Shown here: piece after piece, positions 28,230 through 42,700 of the stretch
Layout of the letters: every line of letters starts with the position of its first letter
Position numbering within the stretch: the stretch's first letter is position 1
From: Paragordius varius
Taxonomy: Eukaryota; Animalia; Nematomorpha
Assembly (NCBI GenBank): GCA_964247055.1
Contig: OZ176053.1
Span: 6,510,001 to 6,574,000 of the forward strand
DNA length: 64,000 nt
Direction: 5' to 3'
Position numbers and translations under genes: made by a program
Notes under the pieces: generated by a model
What the model was told of the DNA's origin: nothing
Database searches by the model: none
What the model saw: the letters and a program-made list of their open reading frames with translations, nothing else

Positions 28230-29989
28230 TTATGTCAACTTGACTACTAAAATGTTAAATACTTTTGAAACAAAGCTTTAAATTAGTTTTTTATAGTATA
28301 TACTATTTGAGGAAAAATGTGTAGCAAATGATGAGGAGGTGACTGCAATTTTAAACAATATTTCGACACTGAATCTAAAAAAAATATACAGCGTATTTTC
28401 GGCTTTTATTATTATAAATAACTTATTTATTTAAATCATTTACAAATTTTATTAGACAATAAATATCCCAGTTCTATTTTATAGGTATAAAAAATGGGTG
28501 GATAATACCATATTCTTTATTTGGTAAATTTACTATTTAACCTAAATGAAATTTATTTAACCATATCAATTAATAATAATTTACACATTTTTTAAACTGT
28601 TTTCGTTGAAAGTTGAAAAATAATAAAATTACTAATGTGTGAATATTGTATTGGAATGATCGAATTTGATGATTGAAGGATTGTGATTACAAAAGATTCG
28701 ATTATGAGTAACAATTATTAATTTATCGAGAATTATATTTTATAATCCGATATTTTATTTATTGTTTTGTTATTAATTTTCAAAAAAATATTTTATTTTA
28801 AAAAAACCAATAATACAATAAATAAAGCTATCTATCTCTAATCTATAATACTAAAAAATTAAATATTAAACATATATTTATATCTGTTCCTTCATGATTC
28901 GTATTTTGTAACAATTGTTAATATAATCTCTATATATATTTAATATGAATTTGATCATATACTACAAAAATCCATTTAAAAAATCTATTGTATTAATTTT
29001 GCCTGCGCACAACGAAAAATGTAAAAATTTAAAATTAATACATATCTTCTCTCATTTATTTTCAGATGAATTCATATTCCGTTCATTAACTATGACGGAA
29101 CCTCAGTTTTTAAAAATTTGTAAGAATAATTAGTAATATATATATAATTTTATTTAAAAAATATATTTAGGCTGATAGTGTTTGACCTGGTTTATATCAC
29201 TTTTTCTCAAGCATAAAACAGAGTATATTACCGTTGTAATCCTAAACATCACGGAATGAAAAACAAATCGCAATTTATACATTATCGATTTTAATATCTT
29301 AAACATGATCAATCTGAATAAATATTGATTGTTGTTTATATTAAAAATATGTAACTAATAATTATATTAGAGGTCGATTGTATTATTATATAGATTTATG
29401 TATATACACAGCATAAATTGCTTTAAATATTCTAGGTTTATATTAGAGTTAAACTGGCGTTTTTGTTACCAGTAGCATAACAGCTTCTGCATTAGACACA
29501 GATTTATGGCTTTTATATATATAAAACGACAATCCCTAACAAACGGATAATATTCGGTTCCTTAAAATATATATTTTGTTTCAAATATTGAAAATTTAAA
29601 CACCTTAAAAAACAAAAAATGAAAAAAGCTAACAACCTATTGTAGTATAAAACACTGAGTTGATCAATAGAGAAGTAAAACCGTTTACATATATTTTTAA
29701 AAGGTACCGGTCAATATTTTCTATCAAAATTATTTTGGTTTCTGTCCCATTCTCTTATGAGGAAAAAAGGATGTGGTAGATATCGGGTGTGATAGGCAAA
29801 TATTTTAAAATACAATTAAGTACCCAAAAATTATAAATATATAAAGTCTAAAAAAATTTAATATTTCGAATAAGATTCCACACAATATAAAAAATAAGGT
29901 TTAAAATGTTTTGGTCGAATCAGGATCTCTTCCGGTTACAAACGATTGATTCAAACATGAAACCGTTTCATTGCATGTGACAAATTATG

Positions 29990-31100
29990 GACGTCCAAGA
30001 GTCTTTGTATACCATTTCTCAGTTGTTGGAAAACAGGCAAGGATATTATTGCAATAAAAAGTTTTAATTGTTTTATGAGGGGAAATTATGGTTATTTGGC
30101 CACTAGCAGAGTTTTTTCTATAGAGCTCCATATTAATAATAGTTGATTGCTTAAGTGGATAATTAGAACAGCCGACTCCCATTTAATACTGTAATAAATC
30201 AGATGAATTTTTATCATATTTGTTATCGGAACTTTCTTAAGCAGAAGCTAGCGAGTTGTTGTAAACGAAAAAATAAGTGCGAACACCAAAAACTTTAATG
30301 TAGAGTGGAAAAATGTACCCTGTTAAATTTTAAATGTCGACATATTAAAATCGGTCAGCTTCCATATTTCCGAAATTGAGTGTAAGATCAACCAATAATC
30401 GTACGAGTTGCTGTATTAAGGCGATCGTCTTATTAATTAAAATTCTGTATATCTGACATCGATCCAATGATTAAAAATTACAAAATTGATAGGTGTATTT
30501 GGCCAAGCTTAAACTATATATTGAGTTGTGTGAATCTTGTGTAGTATGTCAATTAAACTGAATAAAAACAACCCTACGTATTAAGAAACTTTTGCAGATA
30601 TTTCAGAATGGATAAAAATATATCTTCCGCATGGAAGATTTATATTGATGGTGGTCAAGTAGGCGAAGATGGATCCTATAAATGTTTATCTGAAATCATA
30701 CTGCGTTGGTAAGAAAATCGGTATGGCGGATATGGGTTTCTATACATGAATGGATTATATATACCGTCCAAAAATGAAGACACCCTCCACGGGCAAATAA
30801 TGAACATGCCACCAGCGCTCCTTACCTTCGCGAATATATGGGTTAGTTGGACGTGTTATACAACTTAAAAGCACCTCAAATTAATAAGATTCCAAGTTAT
30901 CTACTGATAAAAAAATTTATCAAGTTCTTTGGAGTTTTCCTTGAAAATCAGCGGAAGAGTACGATCGTATCTAGTAAATTAATAAAATAATAGAAATCTC
31001 AATTACACCCAACAGGAGTATAACTAACATTGGGGATTAGGTCCCAATCGTACCCATCCTAAGGAATTTATTTTGACTAGTATCGAATAAACGCAATGTA
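29990..31100 (+). mobile_element. Heavily decayed Ty3/Gypsy LTR-retrotransposon pol relic (RNase H then integrase)
   Basis: Ordered motif remnants with stops and frameshifts: DIIAIKSFNCFMRGNYGYLATS (30042, RNase H-like); RCIWPSL...IELCESCVVCQ (30491-30552, integrase zinc finger); AWKIYIDGG (core start); EHATSAPY (30802); IGD*V (31029). GC is locally raised. No LTRs seen. Confidence 0.5.
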
Positions 31101-31767
31101 AGTGGATAAATTATCTAAGAAGAGGTAGCTGAAGTACAAAACAGAATAAAAAGTGATAAAGAAAGCTTCCCAAGTCAGAATTTGCCTACATAATCCAAAC
31201 TCAACCGGGAAAAATAAATAACCTAAGAATATTTTTGAGCTTTCCATATTTTAATTTAGCATTCTAATAATATATTTAAAGATCAATCTATCCCATGTGC
31301 GTATTTATAGAGCTTTGATGTCAAAATATAAAATTTCAGATCCGGAAATTTACAATATCATAAAAGGCAGAAATTGAATTTGGACCAAGATTCTTTTTTC
31401 CAGTTTTTTTTTCAAATTAGTCTTTAATAATTTTTAGCGTAAAATTAGCATCTATTATATTATAATAGGTAGCACCGTTGCAACTGAATTAGATAATTCG
31501 AAATAGTTTGGACAGTAAGTTAAAAATAAATGGTGGAATTAAAATTATATTTATTATAGCGCCACGGCGGTATCAACCACTAATGCTATAATATGGCACA
31601 GTGATAAAATACCATTTCTTTACAACTTATATCATTAATTAAAAATTTATTTTTGGTCCTTTTATGGCAATAACACAAAAATTTTTTGTAAAAAATAAAT
31701 CTCATGGTTTTAATATTGATTTGAGCTATATATTGATTGTTGTTGATATATTGCATATTTGGTTAAA

Positions 31768-34700
31768 TTAAACATTTTCCACGACGTTTATTAGTTGATC
31801 CATCACACAGTTTAAAATCTAATATTTAAAATACATAACAAGATTTCATACATAGCACCAATTAATTAATTGTTATTATAAAAAATGTATATATCTGTAC
31901 CTTCCCTTCAGATAGTAGGGTCCGAGATTTAGCAATATCTCTCCACATAACTCTGTCTTCCGATAAATAGCTAAGATAAATCACATAATATAAAAGGGAC
32001 AGAATCAAAAATATTTTAAGCTATTATTATTTGATTCTCTTTATTGAAAGTGTTTAGAAAAAAAGGATACCTTATGTGCTCTCTAACCGTATCATAGATG
32101 TGTTCCAAGGGACCCGTGGACTTTAATGGTCTTAGAAACTCTAGGGCTTGACATGCGCACATTAATTCGATAGCCAAAACTAAATGTACAAAAATGATGT
32201 CTAATATAATATTTGTATCAAAGAAATACAGTATGTCGGCTGATGTTATGATTTCCATACTTTCTGCAAAAAAGGCCAAAATAGTTGCTCTTAATTTATA
32301 TGTTTGTGTAATTAATTAAAAAAGTATAAAACCATTTTCCACGTTATCAAGAACGTTCAAAATTTTGCGAGCTGCAAAACCACCCATTGACACATGATCC
32401 TCTTTTGACGCACTCGTCGGAATAGAGTCAACCGAGGACGGGTGACATAACACTTTATTTTCAGAAACTAACAAAAAATATACATTTATTTTTTTCTGAA
32501 GTAGAAATGATATTATTTTATCGGGTCTTCATTAATTTTTATTATTTTTTTTAATTGCAAATAATTGAATTGATAAAATCTCAGTTAAAAAGGATATTTA
32601 TACAAGGGTTATCCGGTTTTGAATTAATACCTAACGATGCAGCTGTAACATGAGCCATCATAAAGCCGCTGTTTATCCCACCCTCTGGGGTTAAAAACGG
32701 TGGCAAATGACTTAGATCTAAAATATATTTTAAATAAATTTAATATTGAATCTAATACTAATTAATTACGAGTCTTTTATAAATAAAAATAATGGTTTTG
32801 GACATTAATCTAGATAGGTCAACAGCTTTGTTTTATAAAAATATTAAATATTTTGGTTTATAAATTAAATTCTTGCCTGCGTTAACCATTTGTTCTATGC
32901 GTCTTTCGCTAATGCTAGCCAATTCATGTATAGCGATGGCCAAAAAATCTAAGGCCTACAATTATGATTATTAAATGAGATATCATATAAATAAAAATAA
33001 ATGTTTAGAAACAAAACTATCATAAATAATATCCTTTAATAATAATTAAGCTAATATTTGGACTTATTACTAAGATAATTTTTAGAAAAGTATATATATT
33101 AATCAAGATTTTTTACAACGGTATATTTTTTATATTTGTTGCCTTATGAAAATTTTTATAGATAAATAAATCAACAAATACATATCTTATTACAAAAAAT
33201 TAATTGAAACCTTAGCAGGATATTCACCGTGGAAGTTTCCACAAGATATTATGTCGCCTTCCGGAAACACCAGCTATCATAAATCCAGACAAAACCATAT
33301 TAGTATGGATAAATGCAAGGAAATTATTATAAAATAATTACTGGGTTGTCATTGGCGCTATTAAGTTCCACCGTTATAATTTGTTTGGCAAATTCAATGG
33401 TGTCAAAAACAATGCCATGAACCTAATTATATTAATAATTTATAATTTTAAAAATATAGTTAAATAAATTCTATATGCAAAAAAGATTACCATAATTGTA
33501 ATATAATGTTGCAATTATACAAAACTAAATTAATTTTGTTAAAATTTTCATAATTATAGAAAATAATGAAAATTTGATATAGAGTTTCAAATTTTCAAAT
33601 TTTTTAAATTAGGTTTATATATCATTGTTTTGTATCAAATGAAATTACTTGGTTAACACATATTATAAGTTTGACTGGTTATTTTTATAACGGTCACAGT
33701 CCAAATCGCGGTACATTTTTAACCGATTAAACCATATATTATTCATAGTCAAAATAATATCAATGTTTGCAGCAAAATATATTTTGCAAATGGAAAGCAT
33801 AATTAATGTATTTGCAGGAGGAATGGATACAATAATTTTTGATTAAATTACAATTGATTGTTAAAATTTATAACAATGCTTGTATAAATGTTTTATTATA
33901 TTACAAAATATAATCATATTTTTGGTGGGTTTTTTTGAAAACAGTTGTTAGCATCATCATATAATTAAAACGAATAATTAACATTTTAAAACTTGAATGG
34001 ATATTTACAACTTATTGAATCAAATAAATGTTGAGTGGCATAAAAAATTGCGCCATAAGTACACAAGAATAAGTTTAAAAAAATATGATTACTAATTTCA
34101 CTTCGCAATGCTAATATTATGGCTAAACCAACAAGTTTAACACATATTAAGGTTATAACGTAATAACGACATTTCTGCCACTGAAATTGAATATACAGTA
34201 GTGGTGATTTAATTGAATATACAGTAGTGTGTAATTTAAACAATAGTTTGTCCATAATAAATAAACAAAATTAATGTTAAAATATAAGTAAAAAATTGTT
34301 TTATTGCAAACGTTAGTTGTTTTTTACCATACCCTACTCATGTAAAATTAAAATCACTTTAAAGTAATTGATATTTAAATAAACGAACTTGTGGTATGCA
34401 TCGAAGTGTATATGAATCTTGGACCTTTTTGCAGTTGTGATGGCTCTCTAAAAATTTTAGATGCGCTTATAAAAAATTATTCAAATAGATAATTAACTAT
34501 GCTATTATTTTTTTATATTGGCATAATTTAGGATAAATTACATTATTTCGTAATGCGTAATTCTCTCAATTTTGCTATAAAACGATTTGCATTAATTTTA
34601 GAAAAATTTGCAAAATATACCTCCGATCTCCGAAGGAGGATCCGTTTCCAACAATAGCCTTAAAATATCTGCAACCTTTTTTTGGCCCTTGAATGGTCTC

Positions 34701-37700
34701 AAATCGTGGACTCCTATAGACAATAATATAAACATTTTATCTGAATGTTAAATTACTGTTTGAAACTACATGTATAACATTGTCTTTTACCAAAAACTAT
34801 TAGATACGGCATAATAAGATAAATAAAAAGTTGACTGTTTAAATTAATTTTAAAATGAAATGGATTCAAAAATCCACTTTATCAAATATATGATTAGTTT
34901 TATTAAAAAAGCTCATAAATACTAGGATATGAAAAATAAAAAACTTGCGTCGAACGGACGATATGAGCCTTTTAAGCTTTCTAACGTGAGAGCTGATATA
35001 ATAGTTGCCTGCAAAGCTAAGGATTCTGCCCGATGTACAGCTATTAAATATAAGGGTTTGATTAAAAAATAGTTTTATATAAATTTATTAAATGATATAC
35101 CCTCAGCCCCTAAAGCTGTTATAAAACAGGTTCCATTTATGAGAGCTATCCCTTCTTTGGGCTTCAATTCAATCGGTTTAAAATATTCTTGATCCATAAC
35201 CTATAACATACATTATTTTATCCTACAAACAAGTTTATCTAATGCATATTAATTTGATTCACAATAATTTGGGGGCAATGACCCAAGGTACATTATATAA
35301 TAAAATTATTTAAAATAAACTATTTCTATCTGTTATAAAACTTATGTCTGGTTCAATAAAAAATTTGAGTTTATTATTAAATTTCTCAAAAAAACACGCC
35401 TTTAACGCATTCCCAAATATAAGATTATTTTTCAAAGATGGACAATTTTATGCATTCCTTAACATTGGTTTCATTTAACCTTTTTAGGGTCATCCCATAT
35501 ATTGAGTTGAGTGTTCCAAATTTTATTTTCCCCAATGAGTGATAGAGCAAGATGAGCCAGTTGACACAAATCTCCGCTAGCACCCACGGTTCCTTGCTCC
35601 GGCACATAGGGTATCAAATTTTCTGTAAAATAAATCAAAAATATAATTTAAACTTTAGCTGTGAAAAATATAAATTTATAGTTTGTCATCATCATAAATT
35701 ACTGTTAAAAGCTTCAATGTATTTGTGCATTGTTTGTATGGTGATACCACTGTATCCTTTGGCTAAAATATTGATTCTTAATGCCATCAACATTTTGGCA
35801 CGTGCTAGGGTTAGCGGTTTTCCAACGCCTAGTTTGTTTAAAATACAAAGGATAAAATGGTTTTAATGTAATCCTCTTGATGACTTTTACTTATTTAGAC
35901 AACTCCCTATTCTATAAAAAATATATATCCTTCCTATTTCGATACAGTGAATATAATTGTACTGCGGTATGAGAGTACATGATTATTGTAATTATTACTT
36001 AAAAAAACAATTAGTTATAATAATTTATTACATTGCTCAGCTGATACACATTCTTAAGTTTTATAGCAATTTAGAAAGTATCTTAAAATTTATTAAATTA
36101 AAAGATAAACACACCGAAATTCTGAATTCTCTTATTCTAGAATATTCTATTCTTATTTTTAATACTATAAAATTTTATGTCATATTAGCACATTCTATCC
36201 AAAAAATACGTTTAGGAATGTGGTTTAAACTTGAAGATTTTCGGATACATGACTATAATATTTCAAAGTCGTTATAAAAAAATATATTCAATTTTGAAAA
36301 TGGCTAAAAGAATAATATTACAAATTTAAATGATGCATTTTTAATTGAATTTTAGATGTTTTTTATCATCTCAGGCTTGAATGCTTTTATCCAGAATCGT
36401 ATGAATCTATGCATTAAAAATAACCCTCTTTTAGGGTATTTACCAATAAAAATTTATACACAAGGTTGGTCGGAATGATATATAAATCTTAACAAACTTA
36501 TATTTTATTTACACTAAACTACCTTTTCACCTTTTTGTCCGCAATAAGAATTAAGGTAGTTTTTATGAGCTCAATTTCCTAGATAAACTTCTGTATTGAA
36601 AGTTATGTTAATTATTATATTAAAAAGCTTATGATTTTTACAGTTTTGTAACTTTTAAGTCTAGAATTAGGAATAACACGATAAAACTAAACAGCTGATT
36701 TTAAAATAAATAAATATTAAGTTTTGGGTGGTAGAATGTAATCTGAAAGCTTACTAAAATAAAACTTACATGTTCTAACCATATTATCCTTTTCCTATTA
36801 TATTAGCGATTAAAAAAATTAATGAAAAAGTGGCGGCAAAAAAGTTTGAGATTAGGAATACAATTTCAACATTTTAAAATTTGTTTTGTATTATGCGCTA
36901 AAAAGGTTAAAGAAAGCATATTTTAATCTTCCCAATACCTTAGATGTTCTTTAAGATATTCAAAATTTAATTAGCTACGGGATATAAAACTACCCCAATG
37001 TGTCATTAAGTGTTTAACACCATACTTTTTATATTTTGAGAAAAATAATATGTTTTATAATACAATATTACCCGGGTATATCTTAATCTAGTTTATTAAT
37101 TGATTAATATTATTTTTAATATTTTTAAAAAAGTATAATTTATGAATCACCTAAAAAAGGAGCTTATTAACTCTTGGATATAACACATTCAATTTAGTCC
37201 TCCAATAATTGGGTCGGAAACCCCACACCTGTTTAAAATCAAATATTTTTTAAAATATGGAACAAAAAGAAATCATTGCAAATGTTTGCACTTAGATAAC
37301 AATGATGCATCCAATTATAAAATTATTTAAAAAAACTTGATATCACTTATTATGGATTAACCTCTCAAAGTAAGAATTTAATCAACATGACATATGTGAA
37401 TATCTAAATATAAAAATAAGGCAAAACATACCAGTTTTTCTGTTTATATCAATGTTATGTGATGGTAAAAAATTAGCTTAAATTTAGCGTTAAAGAAAAT
37501 AAACACGATACATTGCAAAAATGCTGTAAAATAATAATGGTGTCAAAGGGATATGGGTTTTTTTTCACAACTTTCGATATATAATTTTTATTTAAATACA
37601 TAAATTTAAATTGAAACCTTTTCCCGCAGTTTTTATATATCAATTTAAATATAGTCTGGAGTCCCAAGATGCCCCAGTAAGTGTTACAAAAACATAATTA

Positions 37701-39721
37701 AATCCTAAACAAAGAAATTTAAAATGTGAAAAAACGTTTTAATTAAATTACAGATTCATTTCTATCAAATAGCATCAATATATGTAGATATAACTCAATT
37801 TAATTTTTTTCCATATTGAATTTTCTCCTTTGAAACATTTTAAAAAAATGCGAATATCCTCTTTTCCAAACAAAAATTTTCTGTGTAAATTACTAGAATG
37901 CGCATACTATGAGGTTTGTTCCGGTTAAAAACTGTTTAAAGTATTATGGTTTATAAAGCGGACAGTTATAATATAGGTGCTGTTTTTATAAATGTTTTTT
38001 ACGGTTTTAAAAAAATGTTTTTACTGCCTTAACCAATTATTATTTTTGTAATGTACCTGATGAATGTGATCTGACAATGTTGAGTTGGAGTTGACTAAAA
38101 ATAATGTAAAATAGAAAATTATAAAAAAATAAAAAATACTTTAAATGATCATTTGGTATGATTGTTGTAGCAAATTTCCCGATTCCAGTGTTTATTCCAT
38201 ATCTAACTGTAATTATGTTTTTAAAGCAAATTAAATCATAAAATTTTAAGTAATATTTTTAAAAAATATTTATTAGAATTCCATTTCTTTCACCACATAA
38301 GCTGATAAAGTGTCCTAAATAATTGTCTCCATTTTCTCCAGTAAAATTTATCAACTTTTATATAATTTACAATTGCAAAAAGACATTAAACACGCAATCC
38401 GTTTACAGGGTATTTAAAAGGCATCTAAATAAGCAAAAGATATTAGTTTTCAAAATGATGCAGTAGGTAAACCCAGAAAATATATTTATTTCAGCTTCGT
38501 ATAACAATTATAAACCCGCTTAATAAATTTTGTTTATGATTTTAATCATACCCTATTCGTAATTTGTTTTTTATAATCAGTATTCATATTTTATCTCATT
38601 TTACATCATTTGAATTAACCATTAGAAACAAATATGACTGCATTTAAAATACCGCATATCCGAAAAAATAAATATTTATATCATAGTGTGCCAAATTCAG
38701 GGTCAATGAAGTTTTTACATTTATGGATAGGGAAATCACTAACTTGAATCAGAAAAACTTCTTGGGGGTCATGTTGCATTTAAGGTAAAAACTGAAAAAC
38801 TGATGAAATATATATTTTTATAATTCCAAATCGTTGGTTTAAAAAATTAAGCTTTTTTATTTATTTAAGGTATAATTTTTTTAGATTCACCATCTCTAGT
38901 AACGAACGGGCTAGACACATGTTTTGATGCAAAATAATAATTTAGCAAAAAGCCTTTTTACATAACTGACATACTAGTTATTTTTTTCATGTTTAGACAC
39001 AGAAAAAAACTGATTATTGAATTTTATAGTCTTTATTGTATAAAGATCGAAGCTCATTAAATTAAATACAATCTTACAAATGTATTTTTTAATTATGAGA
39101 CAAGTTTGAAAAAAAATTATAGCATTTTTTTAAAAAACAGCCAAACTAATTTAGTTTTTTCCTTTTATGCTACCTAACTGACATTTTTTTCAATTCTGAA
39201 AACTGGTGTGTTTCTATACCCAAAAATAACGAAAATGGATACATTTGTGCAAATATTATTGGATCATTTTTATTTCTTTTATGGATTTATTATTACTAAA
39301 ATAATCAATTCACTTACTTATGTTGTTAGATATTATATTTTCCACAACATCCCGTGATTTTTTGATAGCTTCTTCAGATGTTGAGTCCAGCTAAAATATA
39401 ATAATTAAGGTTGTTATAGGCTTTACCCGTATTTTGTAATTTTCATATCCCAATTGATTTAAAGCCTGAATTGAGAGTGTATTTCCATTTATTAGAATGT
39501 ACTAAACGGTAAGGATATTAGACAGATATAAGTAAATCAATTGATAATATTAAATCAAAATTTTTTCAAAAATACTATTTAAATAAACTATGAAATGTTA
39601 CATTATCTCCGAAATTCTCTAAGGATTTGATACGAAATTTTTCAGTCAAAGGGAAGAGTTTTTTATGGATATCAATGCTATCCATGTTAAATGATGATTC
39701 ATTATTAACATTCTCAGACAT
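31768..39721 (-). CDS. HAL: Histidine ammonia-lyase (histidase), 19 exons, 554 aa
   Basis: Exons (-): 39721-39602, 39501-39427, 39390-39318, 38206-38140, 38094-38057, 35828-35703, 35622-35480, 35200-35101, 35040-34945, 34713-34621, 34447-34389, 33422-33342, 33273-33211, 32955-32877, 32717-32631, 32467-32333, 32179-32071, 31970-31901, 31818-31768. Total 1665 nt, open. Motifs: [23 protein letters not shown] (MIO-forming ASG), [62 protein letters not shown]. Confidence 0.96.
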
Positions 39722-42700
39722 GATTTGGAATTACTTTTTATGCTTTTTTTGGATAAATTTAAGTTTTGGCCTCTTAAGTAATTTAGGATTCAAAAAAATA
39801 CATATGTTTTGCGATCCAAAATTTAAGGACACATATATAAATGTAATTAATTATCTAGCCATAAAAGATAATTTCGTTAAACAAACACAAATAATTTTGA
39901 AAAGCATATGGCAAATATAAATTCCATTGATTATCATTAACTAATCTCCTCGAACAAATTAACTCTTAACTCAATGATTGATTATATAACTTAAATCGAT
40001 CTATGATTATTTAAGGTGTGACTAGCTTGCATTATACAGACACACCTTTAAATGCTCATTAAATGCAAAATTAATATTCATGTAATCATTTATCTCTTTC
40101 AATATCCAAGTGGCTTTTTTAGAAAACTCTATTTTTATTTCAATACCTGATTTAAAAGGTTTCACACAGTAAAATATAATAAATAATCAATAAGCCGGAA
40201 AATTACTTAAAATTTTTTTACTATTCAAATTTTTTATAAATTTCGGGTTGCAAAATCAATAGACCGGAATGTTTTTAAGAATTTTAGAAAAATGATGATG
40301 ATTGATTTCAATTTATGTCTTACATTTATAACATGTAATATCAAAATAATTTATTTTTAAATTTATTTCCAATAACTGAGTGTTTTATCAATTAATTATA
40401 AGAAATATGGTTTAATTTATAGTTAATTTGATTAAGTTTAAAAATATGTTCTTGATACAAAAAAGCGTTAGACTCAAAATTTTTAACAGAAGTAATTTCA
40501 GAGAACCATACCTCTTTATTATTGGCTATCAATAAAATACTTTATCATAAAATATGTAAATTTTTATACAATTTTGATTTTGCACTATATTTATGTCATG
40601 TAGGGTTGATTATTATTAGAGCACTTACATTTTTGAATCGAGACAAATCGGTTAAAAATAAAATAACGCAGATTTTATTTTTTCATCACTTCGATGTAAC
40701 TTAAAAACACCTTGGCAATTTAAGTAAACAATTAACCAATGCTAATTAAAAATTTGATTTCGCTATCATTGAACTGGTTATATGTATATATGACGCAAAT
40801 TTAGTTAATTTTGGAGAATTAGAGCAGGGATGTATTTCGCGGGCAGCATTGAAAATATAAACATAAAGAACGGACATTATTCTAGTAAACCAATTTAATT
40901 AATATTTAATGGCCTATAAAATTATTTTCCCTATTGAACAAACTATTTTTGACAATTCGGAGTAAATAATAAAAATTTTCTGAGAAAGAATATTGCTATT
41001 TTTTATAATTTTTGAATATACATTATTAGTTTCTCATTGCATATTGCCAAATAGCGTATATACTTATTCATACTGTAATAACGGATTTTTAATATATGAT
41101 ACGATAGATTATGCTAAAAACTCTCTGTCGTTATTTTCTAATCAAGCTTATAAAAAACCTTAAAAGGCCTAAGATCAAAACTATACCTCGGTATTATTTA
41201 AAATGTGAGCTTTTCTTAAGAATAGATATTGTTCCATTATTTTATAACACTGTGAGGAAAAACGGGGGTTAATTTTTTACAGAGATTATGACCAGTGAAA
41301 TTTGCCGCAAAAATTTAATTTGTTAACGGCTTAATTTTTAAAATTTTAAGAGAAAATCGAAATCGGGCAAAAAGTGAAAATTAAGATTAAAAATAATGTA
41401 AAAGTTAAGATATATAAATAGCTTAAAATTCTATAGTTAGTTTTTCTATAAACTCTTAGCTCAAAAGATGGCGGTTTTTTATATTAATTTTATTTGAAAA
41501 AAAAATTTATGAAACTACTATAAAATAATTTTTTTTAATTACATACTATCTAAACTCACTATTAAAATCTTTCTTATATATCTAAATAAAACTAAGTTTT
41601 TTGTTTTTTCATTTTTTTCTGGTTTATGAGTGTATAAAAATTTATACTGTTTTATTTTGGAATATTACATGAGTGGGAATCATTAAGTATATAATTTATG
41701 CAAAATAGGATATAAAAGTAATGGAATATCAACCAACAATCCTTACATTACTGTAACAAGTTTGTTTTAAAACAAATTAATTTTACTGTGATATGTACGG
41801 ATTTTTATTTGATTACACTGCTGGTATATTTTATTTTGTATTAATTTATATACTTTATTATCCCAATCATGTGAAATTCCAAAATAAAACAGTAAATTTT
41901 TTATACCGTCATAAACCAGATGACACACTACTGAAAATATAAAAATTAGAAGTTTTCTTATTGAATAAAATAAGCTAGTAAATAATCAAAAAAAATTATT
42001 TAATATAATTTCATAAAAAAATTTTTTAAGTGTGTTAAAAAAAACGCCATCTTTTAAACTTAGATTTTATGAAAATCCCTATCTAAATTTAAGTTATTTA
42101 TATATAAAATATCCTAACATAATATCTCAACTTTTATCATTATTTCTTGAATCAACCTTTATTACCCTTCAAAAACTAGGTCGTCAACAAATAAAAATCT
42201 TTGCGGCAAATGAATACGCTAGTCATAAGTTATTCATGAAAAAAATTATTGTTAAAAAAAATTTGGCACACAGTGTAATGTACAGGTTAGAATCTATGTT
42301 TTTTATTTTCTCCTATTGTCAATGCTTCAAATGTAGAGACTTTGGAACTATTTTCCAAATGGGACCAAATATCTCTTTATATATTCAAATATTTTGATTT
42401 TTGGATACGCAGATAATGGTTTAATGCTTTTTAACATTGTTCATGAGCCTAGCCCAACTTCTAGCCATATTTGAAAAAAATTAACTAAAATATCGTTAGT
42501 TAAATAATTTCTCATCGTGTATTCCCCATGCGAAGGATCACAGTTAACAAATAAAATTGTGTCAAATTTAGAAAACTATATCCTAATGATTAGTTAATTT
42601 ACATATATAAAATGAGACTTATTCCTGGAAAAAAATATTTGATATTTATTTCGCAGAAATACACTATATTCGGTCAAATTATAGTAAACATTAGTGTACC

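Noticed and set aside
28230-28260. TTTTAG just upstream of the Ig-gene ATG as a spliced-leader acceptor
   Set aside because: Not seen upstream of the other start codons; equally explained by a 5'-UTR intron or chance.
35960-35990. Apparent HAL exon 'MYSHTA' resembling RSHSSG
   Set aside because: No phase-1 donor; the true exon ([14 protein letters not shown]) is at 38094-38057.
35552-39920. ORFs 35425-35607 (-), 35552-35866 (+), 35957-36277 (+), 37473-37667 (-), 39627-39920 (+)
   Set aside because: Wrong-frame, antisense or intronic overlaps of HAL with AT-driven composition.
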